A stretch of 64,000 nucleotides of DNA, from NCBI GenBank assembly GCA_029953675.1, contig JAMWBK010000007.1:1178001-1242000 (forward strand), given 5' to 3'. The DNA comes from Rhodosorus marinus CCMP1338. Lineage: Eukaryota; Plantae; Rhodophyta. A program made the translations under genes and the position numbers. Below, piece after piece: positions 36,458 to 48,045 of this stretch. How positions within the stretch are numbered: the first letter of the stretch is position 1; the number at the start of each line of letters is the position of its first letter. Under the pieces are notes generated by a model, which saw nothing but the letters and a program-made list of their open reading frames with translations, did not search any database and was not told the origin of the DNA.

Positions 36458-39024
36458 TTATGATGTTCCAATGGAGGTGCCAAGTGAGGTATCTTGGGTG
36501 AGCTCTGTACCGTCAGTTCCAACAGCCTTGAAGTTCCACAGTCCAATATGCTTCACAAACCACTCTCCGTGTCGCTGAAGGCAAAAGTTTGAGAAATATT
36601 CGTGGTAGGCTGCTCGTTTGTGTCTCCTGAAGCTCAGCTCCTGGACTCCACAGTTGCCGAATGTTGAGTGGAGCCACGCCATCTCGTAAAGGCCTGGGTC
36701 AATGTACAGGTGTCCGGCATCTGTCAACAACGCAGCTTGGCCAACGTGCCGAAAAAACAATGGAAGAGGCATTTTCGTGACGGGGTCCTTTGCTGCGATG
36801 ACTCTCCAGTGATGTTTGACCAGCTGATCATACTCTTGCTTGAAAAGCTTGTTCCCTACCCGAGGGCTCCCAAACGTGAAGACGAAAACCGCATAGTCAG
36901 GCTTCTCCTTTTTCACGTCAAAGCTGCATAGAGTTGCCAGAGCACCTCCGAGCGAATGTCCGCCGAAGAACAACGGACGGCGGTGATGCTCCATCAGACG
37001 ATCAATCTCATCTAGAATCTGTTCCCGTACGGACGTGTACGCCATAAGAAACCCAGCATGAACCAACTGCTTACGTTGGAACATCGCCCTGCGTCCCGAA
37101 ATTGGTTTGAACTCGCGTTCAGAGTGCGCCGACAGCGCAGTTGCCGGCAAGAAGGCCACGTTCAAGTCCGTCGCCAAGTTCTTCAGCGACTGAGTCCCTT
37201 TGAAAGTCACTACAATCCGGTCAACTGCTTCGAAAATAAGCGAGTGCGTATCCGTTTCCTCGTTGCTCACATACTTTGTGATTCGAAAACGGTCGTCGTC
37301 GAAGTCCTGTTGGAGAGGTGAAAGATCGTGATCCCTGTCAGCTTGAAGTGAACAACTTTCGGTAGCAGTTGAGGCAAACGTACAATCGGCGCTAGAGGAG
37401 TCTTCGCCTTACTACCGTATGTGGACGGTAGCCAGCTGAGATTGATCATGATTGCACACGTCTCGGATACGAAGCTCCTGCGATTGAAAGTCGGGTCATC
37501 GGGTCGTTCCAGTAGCCTATTGGAAAACTGTTTTTCTGACATCTACCAAACACCACAAGTAGAAACAAGACCTTCGGTAAGACCTAGTGGCTGTTGTAGC
37601 TCGCTCAGTGAGTCTGTGAAATTCTTACGTTCTGCTCCTGCAGCTCGCAATGACATCGAAGGGCCTTGTTGAACGGCGGCGCTCTGGCCGGCAGCAGGAA
37701 GTAGAGCTGTATCATCACGTAGGCAGGGACGATTAGAGCGTAGGCCAGCTGGCCGTATTGAGCCTGGAAGAAGGTATAGCCCCAGAACTTTGTACTCAAT
37801 AGGATGAGATCGTTTTCAGTAGCAAACATGCAAACTGTCGATACTACGATTGTGTACACAAAGGTCGCCGCTGTATAGTACGCGAACTGCCTGAGAAGGG
37901 CGTCGAACGCCACGCAGAAGTTTTTGGGTATTAGCCGTCTGACGAGTTTGTTTGGTTTCCATTGCAGTGAACCCCTTTCATACTTACATAGCTGCAATTC
38001 GGGTAGTCCTACGTTCCAGATAGTCCAGCTTCGTGACGTAGCTTTTCAGCAAACCCATTTCAAGTGAGATGATCAAAATCACCAACGTTTCCATCACGAG
38101 ATTCGCAATGAGCGCGAAAAGCTGTGAGGGACCAAGCCCACTTCCAGATCGATTGATCTTCCCGAGCCCAACCACGAAAGACAGGAACGGGATCCATGAG
38201 AAGAAAATCTTGGAAAACCCCCCGAGCAATGCACGGACGAAGACGTGAAGAAATAATAGTATCATTTTGACATAATAGGATTTTCCCAATCCTGTTTCCG
38301 GTTCCTTCCGTAGCGATATGGCCATGGACCAGACGAATAGTGAGATTCCACCTGAACCCAGGACTCCCGCAACCACAGAGGTTGCTGTTGTTAGCGCGAG
38401 AAAGGCTTCAAAGGATATAGAGAACGCATTCGACACCTGCAGAAACCCGTCCTGGAACAACGGGATAAGCAGTACGGAGGTGCAGAATCCCAGAATGAGA
38501 ACGAAGACCATCTCACGAGTGCGCGCCGACCTCGGCACTCGAAGAACCGCAATCATGTACAGCGTAGAAGTGACGAACAGCATGAAAGCGAGAAGTGCCT
38601 CCATGACTGTCGTAAACGTATCAAACGAATTAGGCGCAAGTATAAACCCATACTCATTGCCTCCAAACGTGCCCGAGCCGAACCAGACCGTGTTCGCAAG
38701 CACAATAAATGCAATCGCGAATACAAAAGTTAACAGGAAACAAGTGACGAACACGGTGATGCTGCGTGTAAGCTCCTTTCCGTGGATGACTTCAATCTTC
38801 AGCTGTGGCTCTGTAGTCGTGAACAAAGTGGATTTCATTGCACGCTCAGTAGTGGTCATCATTATTGGTAACTGCAATTGGGGATCCGTTGTTTGCCCAC
38901 GACCAGCCTCAAGCTTGTTCCCTTCATTCAAAGGATACGTCTCTTGAGCAGAACACGAACGACCTGACGATGATGGACTGGGTTCGGAATTACAGGGCTT
39001 GTAAATCTCATCCGTAGAGTCCAT
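36458..39024 (-). CDS. Multi-TM (Wntless/TMEM181-like) domain plus class-3 lipase fusion, copy C, 4 exons
   Basis: Exons 37988-~39024 (start uncertain), 37629-37890, 37384-37542, 36458-37306, with the same intron positions and phases as copies A and B. FGGHSLGGALA, FGSPRVGN, DPVT, RRHK. Confidence 0.85.
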
Positions 39025-39884
39025 CTTTCTTTCCCCCCCAAACTCTGTATCAGCATTGACCAACCCACAAGAGGAGTTTTCCAAATTGGTCCTCAGAAAC
39101 TTCGTTTCTTCCGCGCTCTCATACTGTTCGTTGTATCGGTGTATCCTGAGCTGTTTAAAACATCTTCCACAACCACACTGACAACAATGCCTCAATGGGA
39201 CCCATCGAACTGCACATGTACTCTCCCAGGGGTTTGAACAATTTAAAACTCGGAGAGTCTACAGCTCCGTCTCCATGTCTCAGCGTTGCATGTAGTCCCA
39301 AGATGTTTCACCCCTGAGTCCAGCGCCCTCTACTGACATAAAACCAATCAACTCATTCCCACAGATGATCAAACCGCGTCCAAATAGCTTACAGACCCCT
39401 ATGCTGCCCATAAGACTGCCAATCCTACTAAGTGTTTTCTATAAATGGCAACTCGCTCATCAAGGCCATCCCAAGAACCCTCTAGCTTTCAGCCCCCCGG
39501 GCATGGTAGACACCCAGTCATCCCTTGTCGGCCCTCCTTCTCAACTTGCTCGCGAAACAGGCTTTCGTTATAACCGATAGGAGGGCGAGAAAAAAATAGC
39601 TTTGGAACTTGCTCAAGCTTTGTCACACACCTGGTGGATTACTGAACACCATATCCCTTCTAAGACATAAACGTTCCTAATTACGTTTCAATACCCTATA
39701 TGTTCCATAATACTATGTACCAAATTACTTTTCTATTCAAAAATAAGTGCTTAATTTAATTTTATTTTTGAGTTTTTATAGGTGGGGTAAACGTAAAATA
39801 GGACGAGAGGTAGGTGGATTTGTATTGTCCTGTGAAAGACGGTAGAGGTATCATTCTTCTCGTTGTCGATGTGCATCCCCTATG

Positions 39885-41321
39885 GGATTGCTATTACGCA
39901 GGCTCTTAACTGAGGAATTACGTTTACTTCTGTAACGGACTGCGTATGCTCGGATACGGGCGACCTCATAGAGTCAATGATGATATCCCAGGGCGTGTCC
40001 GGCAAGTGCTTCACCGGACATGATCGAAGACTAACAATTTCCCAGCAAAATAGATGATAGGTAGATACGGGTAATGGAGAGTCAACAAGCAAGCTTTAGA
40101 GCAGCTCTCTACTCTATTAGAAGTTTCTTCTTGTGCTTCTTGACCATCATCGGTCTAATCCGAGGCAAAGGTCCCCGCAATGAGTGACTCTAGGAAGAGA
40201 CTGCCGCCTCCTCCAAAACTAAGGGAGGGGTACTACTCGTCACTTTGGGTTTTTTAAACATTGTAATTTTGAAACAGGTCATATCTTAATTGTAAGCATT
40301 TGAACAAAAAAAGCCCCTTCCCCACTATTGATATCCCAAAGTTGCTTAGAGCCAAATTAACTCAGCTAACTGCCACGTGTCCTTATTTTGATGGTCGGCT
40401 ATGTTTGGAATCCACGTTTCGCATCTAATAAACGTTGTTTTGACGAATAAATTTATTGTATGGTGAATTTTTTTCGGCGTCCTTAAGAGCGGAAGAAAAT
40501 TTTTCAGACACAATTTAATGAATGTGTTGCGAGGCCGCCAAAGTAGTTGGCTACGTTCCTATTGGGCTGAGGTAAGGAAACAAATGTTCAGGACTCCTAG
40601 GTCAGAAAGGTGGAACAGCTTGTCTTGGAGGGACCAATAGAAGTCGTGAAAGGTCTTGAAGGGAAGAAACAGATATGTGAACGATCGACCAAGTGGAGAA
40701 AAAGACCCTTGAACGGCTGGACACGTCAAGAAGGCAGCATCAGTAGTAATCAGATCAGTTTTAACCAGCAGAGTTGAAAAAAAAGCAAACTGTACATACT
40801 GCGTAAATGAAAGTTATTGATCTGTAGTGATCCCCTCCTCAGGAAGATCAACGCCTGCTCATCTCGAACCCACGTTGCGAGCAATCCTCCCATTGCTGTC
40901 TAGCAAGCTCGCCGTTTTTTTGTGTTTTCCGCTTCGAAAAGCAGCGGCGATCACCAAGAAACGGCGAGCTTGCTGCGTGTTTTGTTTTCGGCCTCCTCTG
41001 TCGATTTGCTGGATGATGACTTTCAAATCCAGATCCTTTCGCGGAGGACGCAACCTCCCGCGCGGGGGTGCGGCTTATTGAGCCCTGGGAAGGAGTCTTT
41101 ATCTTTTCCTCGAGGTGCAACCGGAATTATGGTGGGTCTTTCCACTGGATTTCTGTGCTTGTGGTTGCCATCACGCAGGCTCCCAACTCAGGAATTCCGT
41201 TTACTTCTGTAACGGGCTAGGGCTGCGTATGCTTGTAGAGGACTCTATGCCGTTTTCATAGAGTCAACGATGATATCCTAGGTCATGTCCGCATAGTACT
41301 CCGCATGGCATGATCGAAAAC
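39885..41321. repeat. Diverged ~140-bp direct repeat pair (39885-40031 and 41163-41321)
   Basis: Shared blocks ACGCAGGCTC, AGGAATT.CGTTTACTTCTGTAACGG, CTGCGTATGCT, TCATAGAGTCAA.GATGATATCC, CATGATCGAA in the same order in both copies. Confidence 0.8.
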
Positions 41322-43201
41322 ACTTGTTTCGAAGACAAATCTTCCAGTTCAATCTTTCATGCGGGGAAAAGTGAGAACTCAAGCCGATTTCCAGGTTCCC
41401 TCAGCCGATTCACCTTCCGGCAAAACTTATATACTAAACCGAGACTGGCTCTTTTAGGTTTGATGACGGCCCCTCCAGCTGTCTGAAAACTTCTAATATA
41501 ATTCTGTTCAGCATGGATGCAGCACCTAGAGGTTGTTTAACAGTACAGAGCTCAAGCAGCGGCTGTTCCCAGGTGCTCAGCCAGTCGGGGCACCTGCCGG
41601 GGCTTGGAACCACCTAGGAGCCAATATCACCAACTTCTGGACCTTTTTTCTGCGCGTGGAGCCTAAATCAATCACTGCATAAGGGACTGGCCGTCATGAC
41701 GGTTCCTATTTGGGGAGATTGGCGGTCTTGCTTTGGTCCGGTAAGCCCCGCACTCTTGGCTTGAGCCGTCTACGACTGTCTTCTGGCTATAAGCCAAATT
41801 AAATTTTGCCTCCTTTTCCCCCGCCGTACCAACACAAGTGATCTATTCGCGTTATCTTCAGAGCCGTTTCACAACTTAATTTATGGATGATCAGATGGCT
41901 AGATTATTGTACGGGATATTTGAGCTCTTAAATTGGGCCAACCCCCCAACCCCCCCCTCTCGTACACAATCTACTGCGTCGGGCTGGATCTAGGTTGGAA
42001 CAGATTCGCATTTACCCCAGCCCCAAAAGTGGTATAGTGCGCAGATTCGCTTCCAGGCTGAGTTGTACCTCATCATCTACTGTCCCTCCTGCTTTGTTGA
42101 TTCCGGTCATGGTCCATATGTTCTCGGTGGACATATGCGCCGTTCCAATCAATGCATCGAAAACTTGAGCCATCTCGGGCTTCCGTTCTCTGGGTTAAGC
42201 CGCATTTGACCTTTTAGCCCCCCCAAACCCAGCGCAAAGAACCAGTGATCTATTTGTACAGAGCCATACTATTCAACTTCGCTCACTTCGACGAATGAAA
42301 ATGCTTTCCATCCTAGGGTCGCAACCAGCAGTCAACAAATCCTTTGGTCCCAACCCTCCAGAAGAACGATATTTCATCTGAAACCTTAAAAGGTGGGGTG
42401 GCGTTGGTGCTCCAATCATCCGCTCGTGGTCCAGACACGTCCAGTTCCTGAAATTCTCATCCCTCTTAAGGATCATCACACCAAACGCAAATTTTTTTTT
42501 GCCAATTTCGTTTTTTCTTCTTCTTCAATGGCATCGGATCTTAAAAGGTTCATTTTGCACATCCATGAAAACAAATGTATTTCTTCTATAATATGAAAAA
42601 TCTTTTTTTTGCTAAGCCATCCTGTTTTGTTGTTTTCCAAAAAAACAACAGCGAATAGCTGTCAGTATATCTTATTTCAATATTTTTATATTTTTTGGCA
42701 GTAATTGAAATTATTTCTGATTAACAACGTTGGCATTGGGAGGTTTTTTTGATTTTCATCTAAGTGTCACAGGTAAAATATCTATAATACAGTCAATATG
42801 AACAGTAATATTAATAAATAGAAATTATTTTGAGTATGTAGTTGACTTAGATCTATGACACTTGAATAAAATTGCTTATCAATGTCTAGGAATCCGTTTT
42901 CGAAAGGTTGTGCGTGGGAGAGAGGATAGGGGACTGGGGTAGGGGATGAGGGAGCGGGCCATCGATTTGCAGCCTCTACCGAGAGCGTGCACATCCCTTG
43001 TGGATTAATTATACCATTAAACGGTTTCTGGGCTGTTGGTTATCATAGACCACATTTTGAGTGCGGCGGCGTACTTAAGTGACTGGACCTGCAAGTTGAG
43101 GTCTTGAGTTCGATCGGATCATCAAGGCAATTAGTGAGCGGGTTGGTTTCGTGTTTCATAAGTGAAGTCGTGTGGTTAGTTGGAGGGAGGCATAAAGGAC
43201 A

Positions 43202-44302
43202 ATGCAGAGCGTTAAGTTGGGATCCCAAGGCTTGCAAGTAAGCAAGATGGGATATGGGTGTATGGGTCTCACAACTGCGTATGGACCCAAACAACCCGAC
43301 GCAGAAGCAATTAAACTTCTGAAGAAGTCTACGGAGCTTGGCATGTCTTTCTGGGATACTGCCAATGTCTATTGCTACCCCGACATTTCAAAACTTTTGA
43401 GATTTCAGTCACCAGTTACATGCCAGGAGGAGATTCTTGGTCGAGCGATAACGGATATCGGAAGGGAGAACGTAACCATTGCGACGAAGACCGGGTTGGT
43501 ACTTGGCGTCTTCCCAAAGATTTCCTTGACCGCGAATGGTGACCCAAGTTTCATCCGGAAACAGTGCGAAATGTCGCTCAAGAGACTCAAGGTAGACTAT
43601 CTAGATCTCTTCTACATTCACCGAATAGATCCGAACATCCCCATCGAAATCACCATGGCGACAATGCGGGATCTCGTCCATGAGGGAAAGGTCAAATACG
43701 TTGGACTCTCTGAATGCTCAGCGGCGACGCTCAGAAGGGCCCACAAAGTGCACCCTATTTCCTGTATTCAGATGGAATGGTCCCTTTGGTGCCGAGAAAT
43801 TGAAAAAGAAATCGTGCCAACCTGCGCTGAACTGGGTGTGGGCATTGTTGCGTACTCGCCTCTTGGAAGGGGGTTCTTCGGAGGTGAGCTGAGAACTACT
43901 TCAGACCTGAAGAGTGCGGATTTTCGGAGCAATACTGGACGCTTTCAAGAGGAGAACCTAGAGAAAAATCTCGCCCTTCTCGAAAAAGTCGAAGCGCTAG
44001 CAAGGACCAAAGGTGTTTCAAGCGCGCAGCTGGCGCTATCCTGGGTCCTCCACAAAGCGGATCTACTCAATGGTGCAGGGGTGGTGCCAATACCAGGCAC
44101 GACAAAGGAAAAGAACCTAATCAGTAACGCCGGCGCCGTGAACATCGTCCTCTCCGCGGAGGAAATAAAAACTCTGGAACAAGCAGTTGACCAGAACCCA
44201 GCGCATGGAGCTCGCGGCCAGAGTGGGCAGGTGCAGTGGGAAAATGACAAGAATCCGCCGCTGTCGCCGTCGGACGCGGCAAAGTATAGGATTAAAGTAT
44301 AG
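43202..44302 (+). CDS. Aldo-keto reductase (AKR13/auxin-induced-like subfamily)
   Basis: LGSQGLQVSKMGYGCMGL, WDTANVY, IATK, SLKRLKVDYLDLFYIHRID, GKVKYVGLSE, VAYSPLGRG, VVPIPGTT. Intronless. Confidence 0.93.
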   Translation: MQSVKLGSQGLQVSKMGYGCMGLTTAYGPKQPDAEAIKLLKKSTELGMSFWDTANVYCYPDISKLLRFQSPVTCQEEILGRAITDIGRENVTIATKTGLVLGVFPKISLTANGDPSFIRKQCEMSLKRLKVDYLDLFYIHRIDPNIPIEITMATMRDLVHEGKVKYVGLSECSAATLRRAHKVHPISCIQMEWSLWCREIEKEIVPTCAELGVGIVAYSPLGRGFFGGELRTTSDLKSADFRSNTGRFQEENLEKNLALLEKVEALARTKGVSSAQLALSWVLHKADLLNGAGVVPIPGTTKEKNLISNAGAVNIVLSAEEIKTLEQAVDQNPAHGARGQSGQVQWENDKNPPLSPSDAAKYRIKV

Positions 44303-44914
44303 CTGGCATGTATTTGCCCCATTGAGAAAGACCTCCGAATAGTCATCTCTTCACGTCAGACTCCGCAACAGCCAAACTGGACCCCACGGAGCCGCTGGTA
44401 GACAAAAAGCAGGTGCCGAGACGTCGCTGCCTCCTCCTCTAGCGGAAGGTGGTTTACTTCTCCACGGGGATTTGCCCTTACCGCACACCACAGCTAGAAC
44501 TAGGAAGCAAACCCTTGCGGATGTAGTGATAAAGATGAAAACGATCTGTCCAATACTGAAACTACCTTGAAGTCTGTTGTACTCTGTCTTCTTCTGTCCA
44601 AGAGAGAAAGCGTCTGGACGCCGATCCAGTATCCGTCGTTAACCTCAAGATCACAAAATGGGACAAAGAAACGGCGGGCGGTGTTTTACATAACTCCCCC
44701 ATCAGCGACTTCGGACTCTGCAGAAACTTCGCCGCTTGGAGGGCATCCTTCGAAACCTTTTTGTGAGCTGTTCTTGCGACCCTACGCGTTGGTTTAGTAT
44801 CTTAGGGAAGGAAATTTCCATGTGCTCATCGCTCAGGAAGTGCTCGGAGAGGGTGGGGCAGGTGGAAAAGACACGAATGATCATGTTCGCTTCTTAACAG
44901 TAGCGAAGCTAGAG

Positions 44915-45853
44915 ATGGGTGGAAGCGGAGGAGTTCGTGGGCCGAAAGCGAGACGCGTGCTGGAGTTTTACAGAGTTCACTTCGGCGTTTCTCTGCCGTT
45001 CAATGTGCTTTGCGATGGGACGCTGATTCACTTTGCTCTAAAGCATAAGCTTTTCTTAAAGGAAGCTCTTCCTGTACTATTTGGGCGGCAAATTGCTGCT
45101 CATGTAGTGGTCTCTTCTTGTGTTGTCTCTGAGCTCCGTTCTCTCGGAGAAGAGTTCTCAGCTGCATCTCTAATGGCTAGCCGAGCTAGAAGGGTAGATT
45201 GTCCACACGCGAACAAACGTGTTGCAGCATCGGAATGTGTTCTTGAGCTCTTCAAGGCGGAGAAGCATGGGATGCTTCTCGGGACGGTTGATAAGGAGCT
45301 TATCAGTACCGCCAGAGCTATTGGAGGCGTCCCGATCGTCACGATTTCGTCAGGATCATTGATCTTGGAGACGCCATCGAGGCAATCTCGCAGCCTTGCC
45401 TTGGAGATTGAAAGGAACAAGAGGAAAAGATCCAGCTTGCCTCCTCCAAAGCCAGCCGCTGAAGACCCGTTGAAGCCAAGATTTCGACGCAGAAAGGCCA
45501 GGGGGCCTAATCCGCTCTCAGTGAAGAAGAAGAAGACAGCGGAATCGGCCGTGGGAAAGAAAAAGAAGAAGAAGAAAAACAAGATCCAAACACCTGAAAA
45601 CACAGAGGAGAAGCAAACCCAAGGTCTGGAAGCTAACCATGCGAATAAGAGCAACGCGGGCGCCGATGATGGACAACCAGAAACCAAAACCGAAAAGGCT
45701 GGAATCAGAAAACGAGGAAAGCGAAAGAGAAAACGAGACTCAGAACTTGAAAATCCAATCCAAGAACCGGAGGCTCTTCCGGAACTAGAAAAGGAATTTA
45801 GGAAGCGGCATCGGCGCAAGCGAAGATCCGCCAAAAGCGTCAAACCCGAGTAG
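44915..45853 (+). CDS. UTP23: rRNA-processing protein UTP23 (PIN/Fcf1 domain plus basic tail)
   Basis: FYRVHFG...FNVLCDGT, VVSSCVVSELRSLG, CPH....ASEC, RRKARGPNPLSVKKKK. Likely ATG at 44915. Confidence 0.88.
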   Translation: MGGSGGVRGPKARRVLEFYRVHFGVSLPFNVLCDGTLIHFALKHKLFLKEALPVLFGRQIAAHVVVSSCVVSELRSLGEEFSAASLMASRARRVDCPHANKRVAASECVLELFKAEKHGMLLGTVDKELISTARAIGGVPIVTISSGSLILETPSRQSRSLALEIERNKRKRSSLPPPKPAAEDPLKPRFRRRKARGPNPLSVKKKKTAESAVGKKKKKKKNKIQTPENTEEKQTQGLEANHANKSNAGADDGQPETKTEKAGIRKRGKRKRKRDSELENPIQEPEALPELEKEFRKRHRRKRRSAKSVKPE

Positions 45854-45942
45854 AACCGGAGTTTTATGTGGTCATCTATTTAATACAAAAGCGCAGTTTA
45901 TCTTATTACATTTCTCTAGCCGATTTCTGTCGAATTCTCGCC

Positions 45943-46272
45943 CTACTGTTTCATCGATGTTGAAAATTCCTCCAAAGCACCAAGAAATGACTTGGCGATG
46001 ACGTCCGCAACTCCAGCGAGATCTTTTACGCTTCCACCAAACGCTTCAGCTGCGGATTCTCCTCCTGCAATTGTCTGTACGCGAATATTCAATCTGTCCT
46101 CACTTGGATGAGGGATTGAATACCCAGCAAACTCAACGCCAGGTCTTCTAGCGAGCATGTATCTCACAGCGTTCCCCATAGTATGATCTTCCCCTCTCAA
46201 AACAATCGTCGCACATGATGGATCGTCGCCAGCTACCTCAAGGCAAAGGTCTTCACCTCCAGAATTGGCCAT
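45943..46272 (-). CDS. POLR1D: RNA polymerase I/III shared subunit AC19 (RPAC2)
   Basis: EDHTMGNAVRYML...PGVEFAGYSIPHPSEDRLNIRVQT is the AC19/RPC19 signature. Confidence 0.92.
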   Translation of the reverse strand: MANSGGEDLCLEVAGDDPSCATIVLRGEDHTMGNAVRYMLARRPGVEFAGYSIPHPSEDRLNIRVQTIAGGESAAEAFGGSVKDLAGVADVIAKSFLGALEEFSTSMKQ

Positions 46273-46504
46273 GACGATTCCTAGCGTAGCAGAAATTTTA
46301 ACACCCTACTGAAAACTAATGTCCAAGAAAGGATTTCTACTCTCCTCGACTAGCCTCTATTTCCTAACAAACCTTCCTACTGCGACCTAGCTTGCGGATA
46401 GGTTAGTCCGGGCACTTCACTCCTTCGGACAAATAGCAATCCCAATCGTCGGTTTCGAGGTCGAAAAGCGAGAGCGGGCGACACCCCGATGTCACAGAGA
46501 TTTT

Positions 46505-47403
46505 ATACTTTTTTATACTTTTTTTTTACTACATCTAAGATTATGGAGCCTAGAATACGCCTTTTATGCACAGATGTGACCATATGACCCCAAAAGTTTC
46601 CTCAGAACATTTAGGATATGTCTTCAACGTATATCTAGAGTTTTTCACAGGAAGCTGGCCCCATTGACAGATGAGCTCAGCTAATGAAGAGGTGAACACG
46701 GTCTGTCCATATAGCCGGGACTATAGTGGCATCCACAGGTAGTGGCGCTTATGAACGCCAAGACAAGTAGAGCATCTAAGGAGCCCTCTCAACAGGGTAG
46801 CAAACTAGATTCTCTAAGGGAAAAATACGCGTTGTAAACGAATCGCGTTGACAGCTTGTTGGGGATTACGGCGCCAGAGCTTACGATTGATTCCTGCCCT
46901 CACCGAGCCCAAGGCCTCTCCTTTGTGCTCAAGACGTTGAGTAACTTCCGCAAGAAATTCTGCTGCCGCCATCTCATGCCGTCCAAATGGCTCCAAAGCA
47001 AAATGGACTAAGATGAAATAAATCTGATCGCCCAGAGGGTCTTGCACAACGGGCTTGCTTTCCAGCTTGAGGTTTATGTGCTAATCTCTGTTCTTTCGAG
47101 CCTTCTCTGATGTCTTCCCGGGTGAGTCTTAGCCGATTTCAGCGCCAAGGAGGCAAGCGACGCGCGCGGGCGCCAGATTCTTCAGCTAGGAAACTCGCAA
47201 TAACCCGATAAGCAACCTGCCCGTGTCACACTGGGTACCACGAAAAATGGTAGGGATGGTTGATCATCCACGTAGCAAACTCGTAGAGGGCCGCCGTGGC
47301 TCGTCGTTCATCGTTTCCGGAAGGCTTGACAACCCTGCATGTCAAGTTTCACAATGGACTTTCACTTTTTTATACGGTTTAAGCGTCTCATACTTTTTTA
47401 TAC
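46505..47403 (-). mobile_element. 5'-truncated non-LTR retrotransposon remnant (RLE-endonuclease type) with A-tail and 14-bp TSD
   Basis: Identical ATACTTTTTTATAC at 46505-46518 and 47390-47403. T9 tract at 46519-46527 (poly-A on the minus strand). Minus-strand peptide FILVHFALEPFGRHEMAAAEFLAEVTQRL...LWRR..QQAVNAI resembles the C-terminus of RLE-type LINEs (F.PLA.E..G....A..FL.....RL...QR.NA). Upstream frame contains stops. Confidence 0.55.
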
Positions 47404-48045
47404 CTTTAATACTCGTTAGTACTCGTTAGTACTTTCAAAATTCCATACTTTTAAAAAATTTTCCTTAGTGTACGACGATTTTAGATTCCACAAACTTCTC
47501 GGTGTCCCACCATCCTCGCTGTACGACCACTCCCTTAGGCTGTTCTGCTCTCCTCGGCTTTGCCCGAACCGATTTGGAACGTTGTCATTTCACTCAGGTC
47601 TGTGAACGAGACACGAATTGTATAGTCCATGAGTTCACTACAAATGCCGAGTGTACAGCACATCGCAGCCTGCCAGCGTCATTCAATGAGAATAGTGTAG
47701 TTGTGTCACCAAGTTTTTTTCATAAGAAGCAAGTGCTTGCCAGTCAGTGACTAGGCGAACGAAGCTAAAGTGTTTGGGCCGTAGAGTTGAGAGTCGTTCT
47801 GTAGGGAAGCTGAAATTGTATCCTTCGGTCGCTGCTATTGTCAAGGTAAAAGCTTTCTGAAACAGCTTGACGCTACGACCGTGTGCATCTTAAATTCGGA
47901 GTTTGCATTCAATCCCGCCAATGTGGAAGTGGAAGTCGTTCGTATAATTAGTACTTTGCTTTACGGGAGGCCGATGTGCGATGTGTGCCCCGTGCCCAAA
48001 TTAGTGGCTGTCCATAGGCAAAAACTTGGTATTTACATTTGTTCA

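Noticed and set aside
41560-41690. AVIDLGST motif (retroviral protease, RuvC or Ppx-like)
   Set aside because: A single short motif with no supporting context fits several unrelated families equally well.
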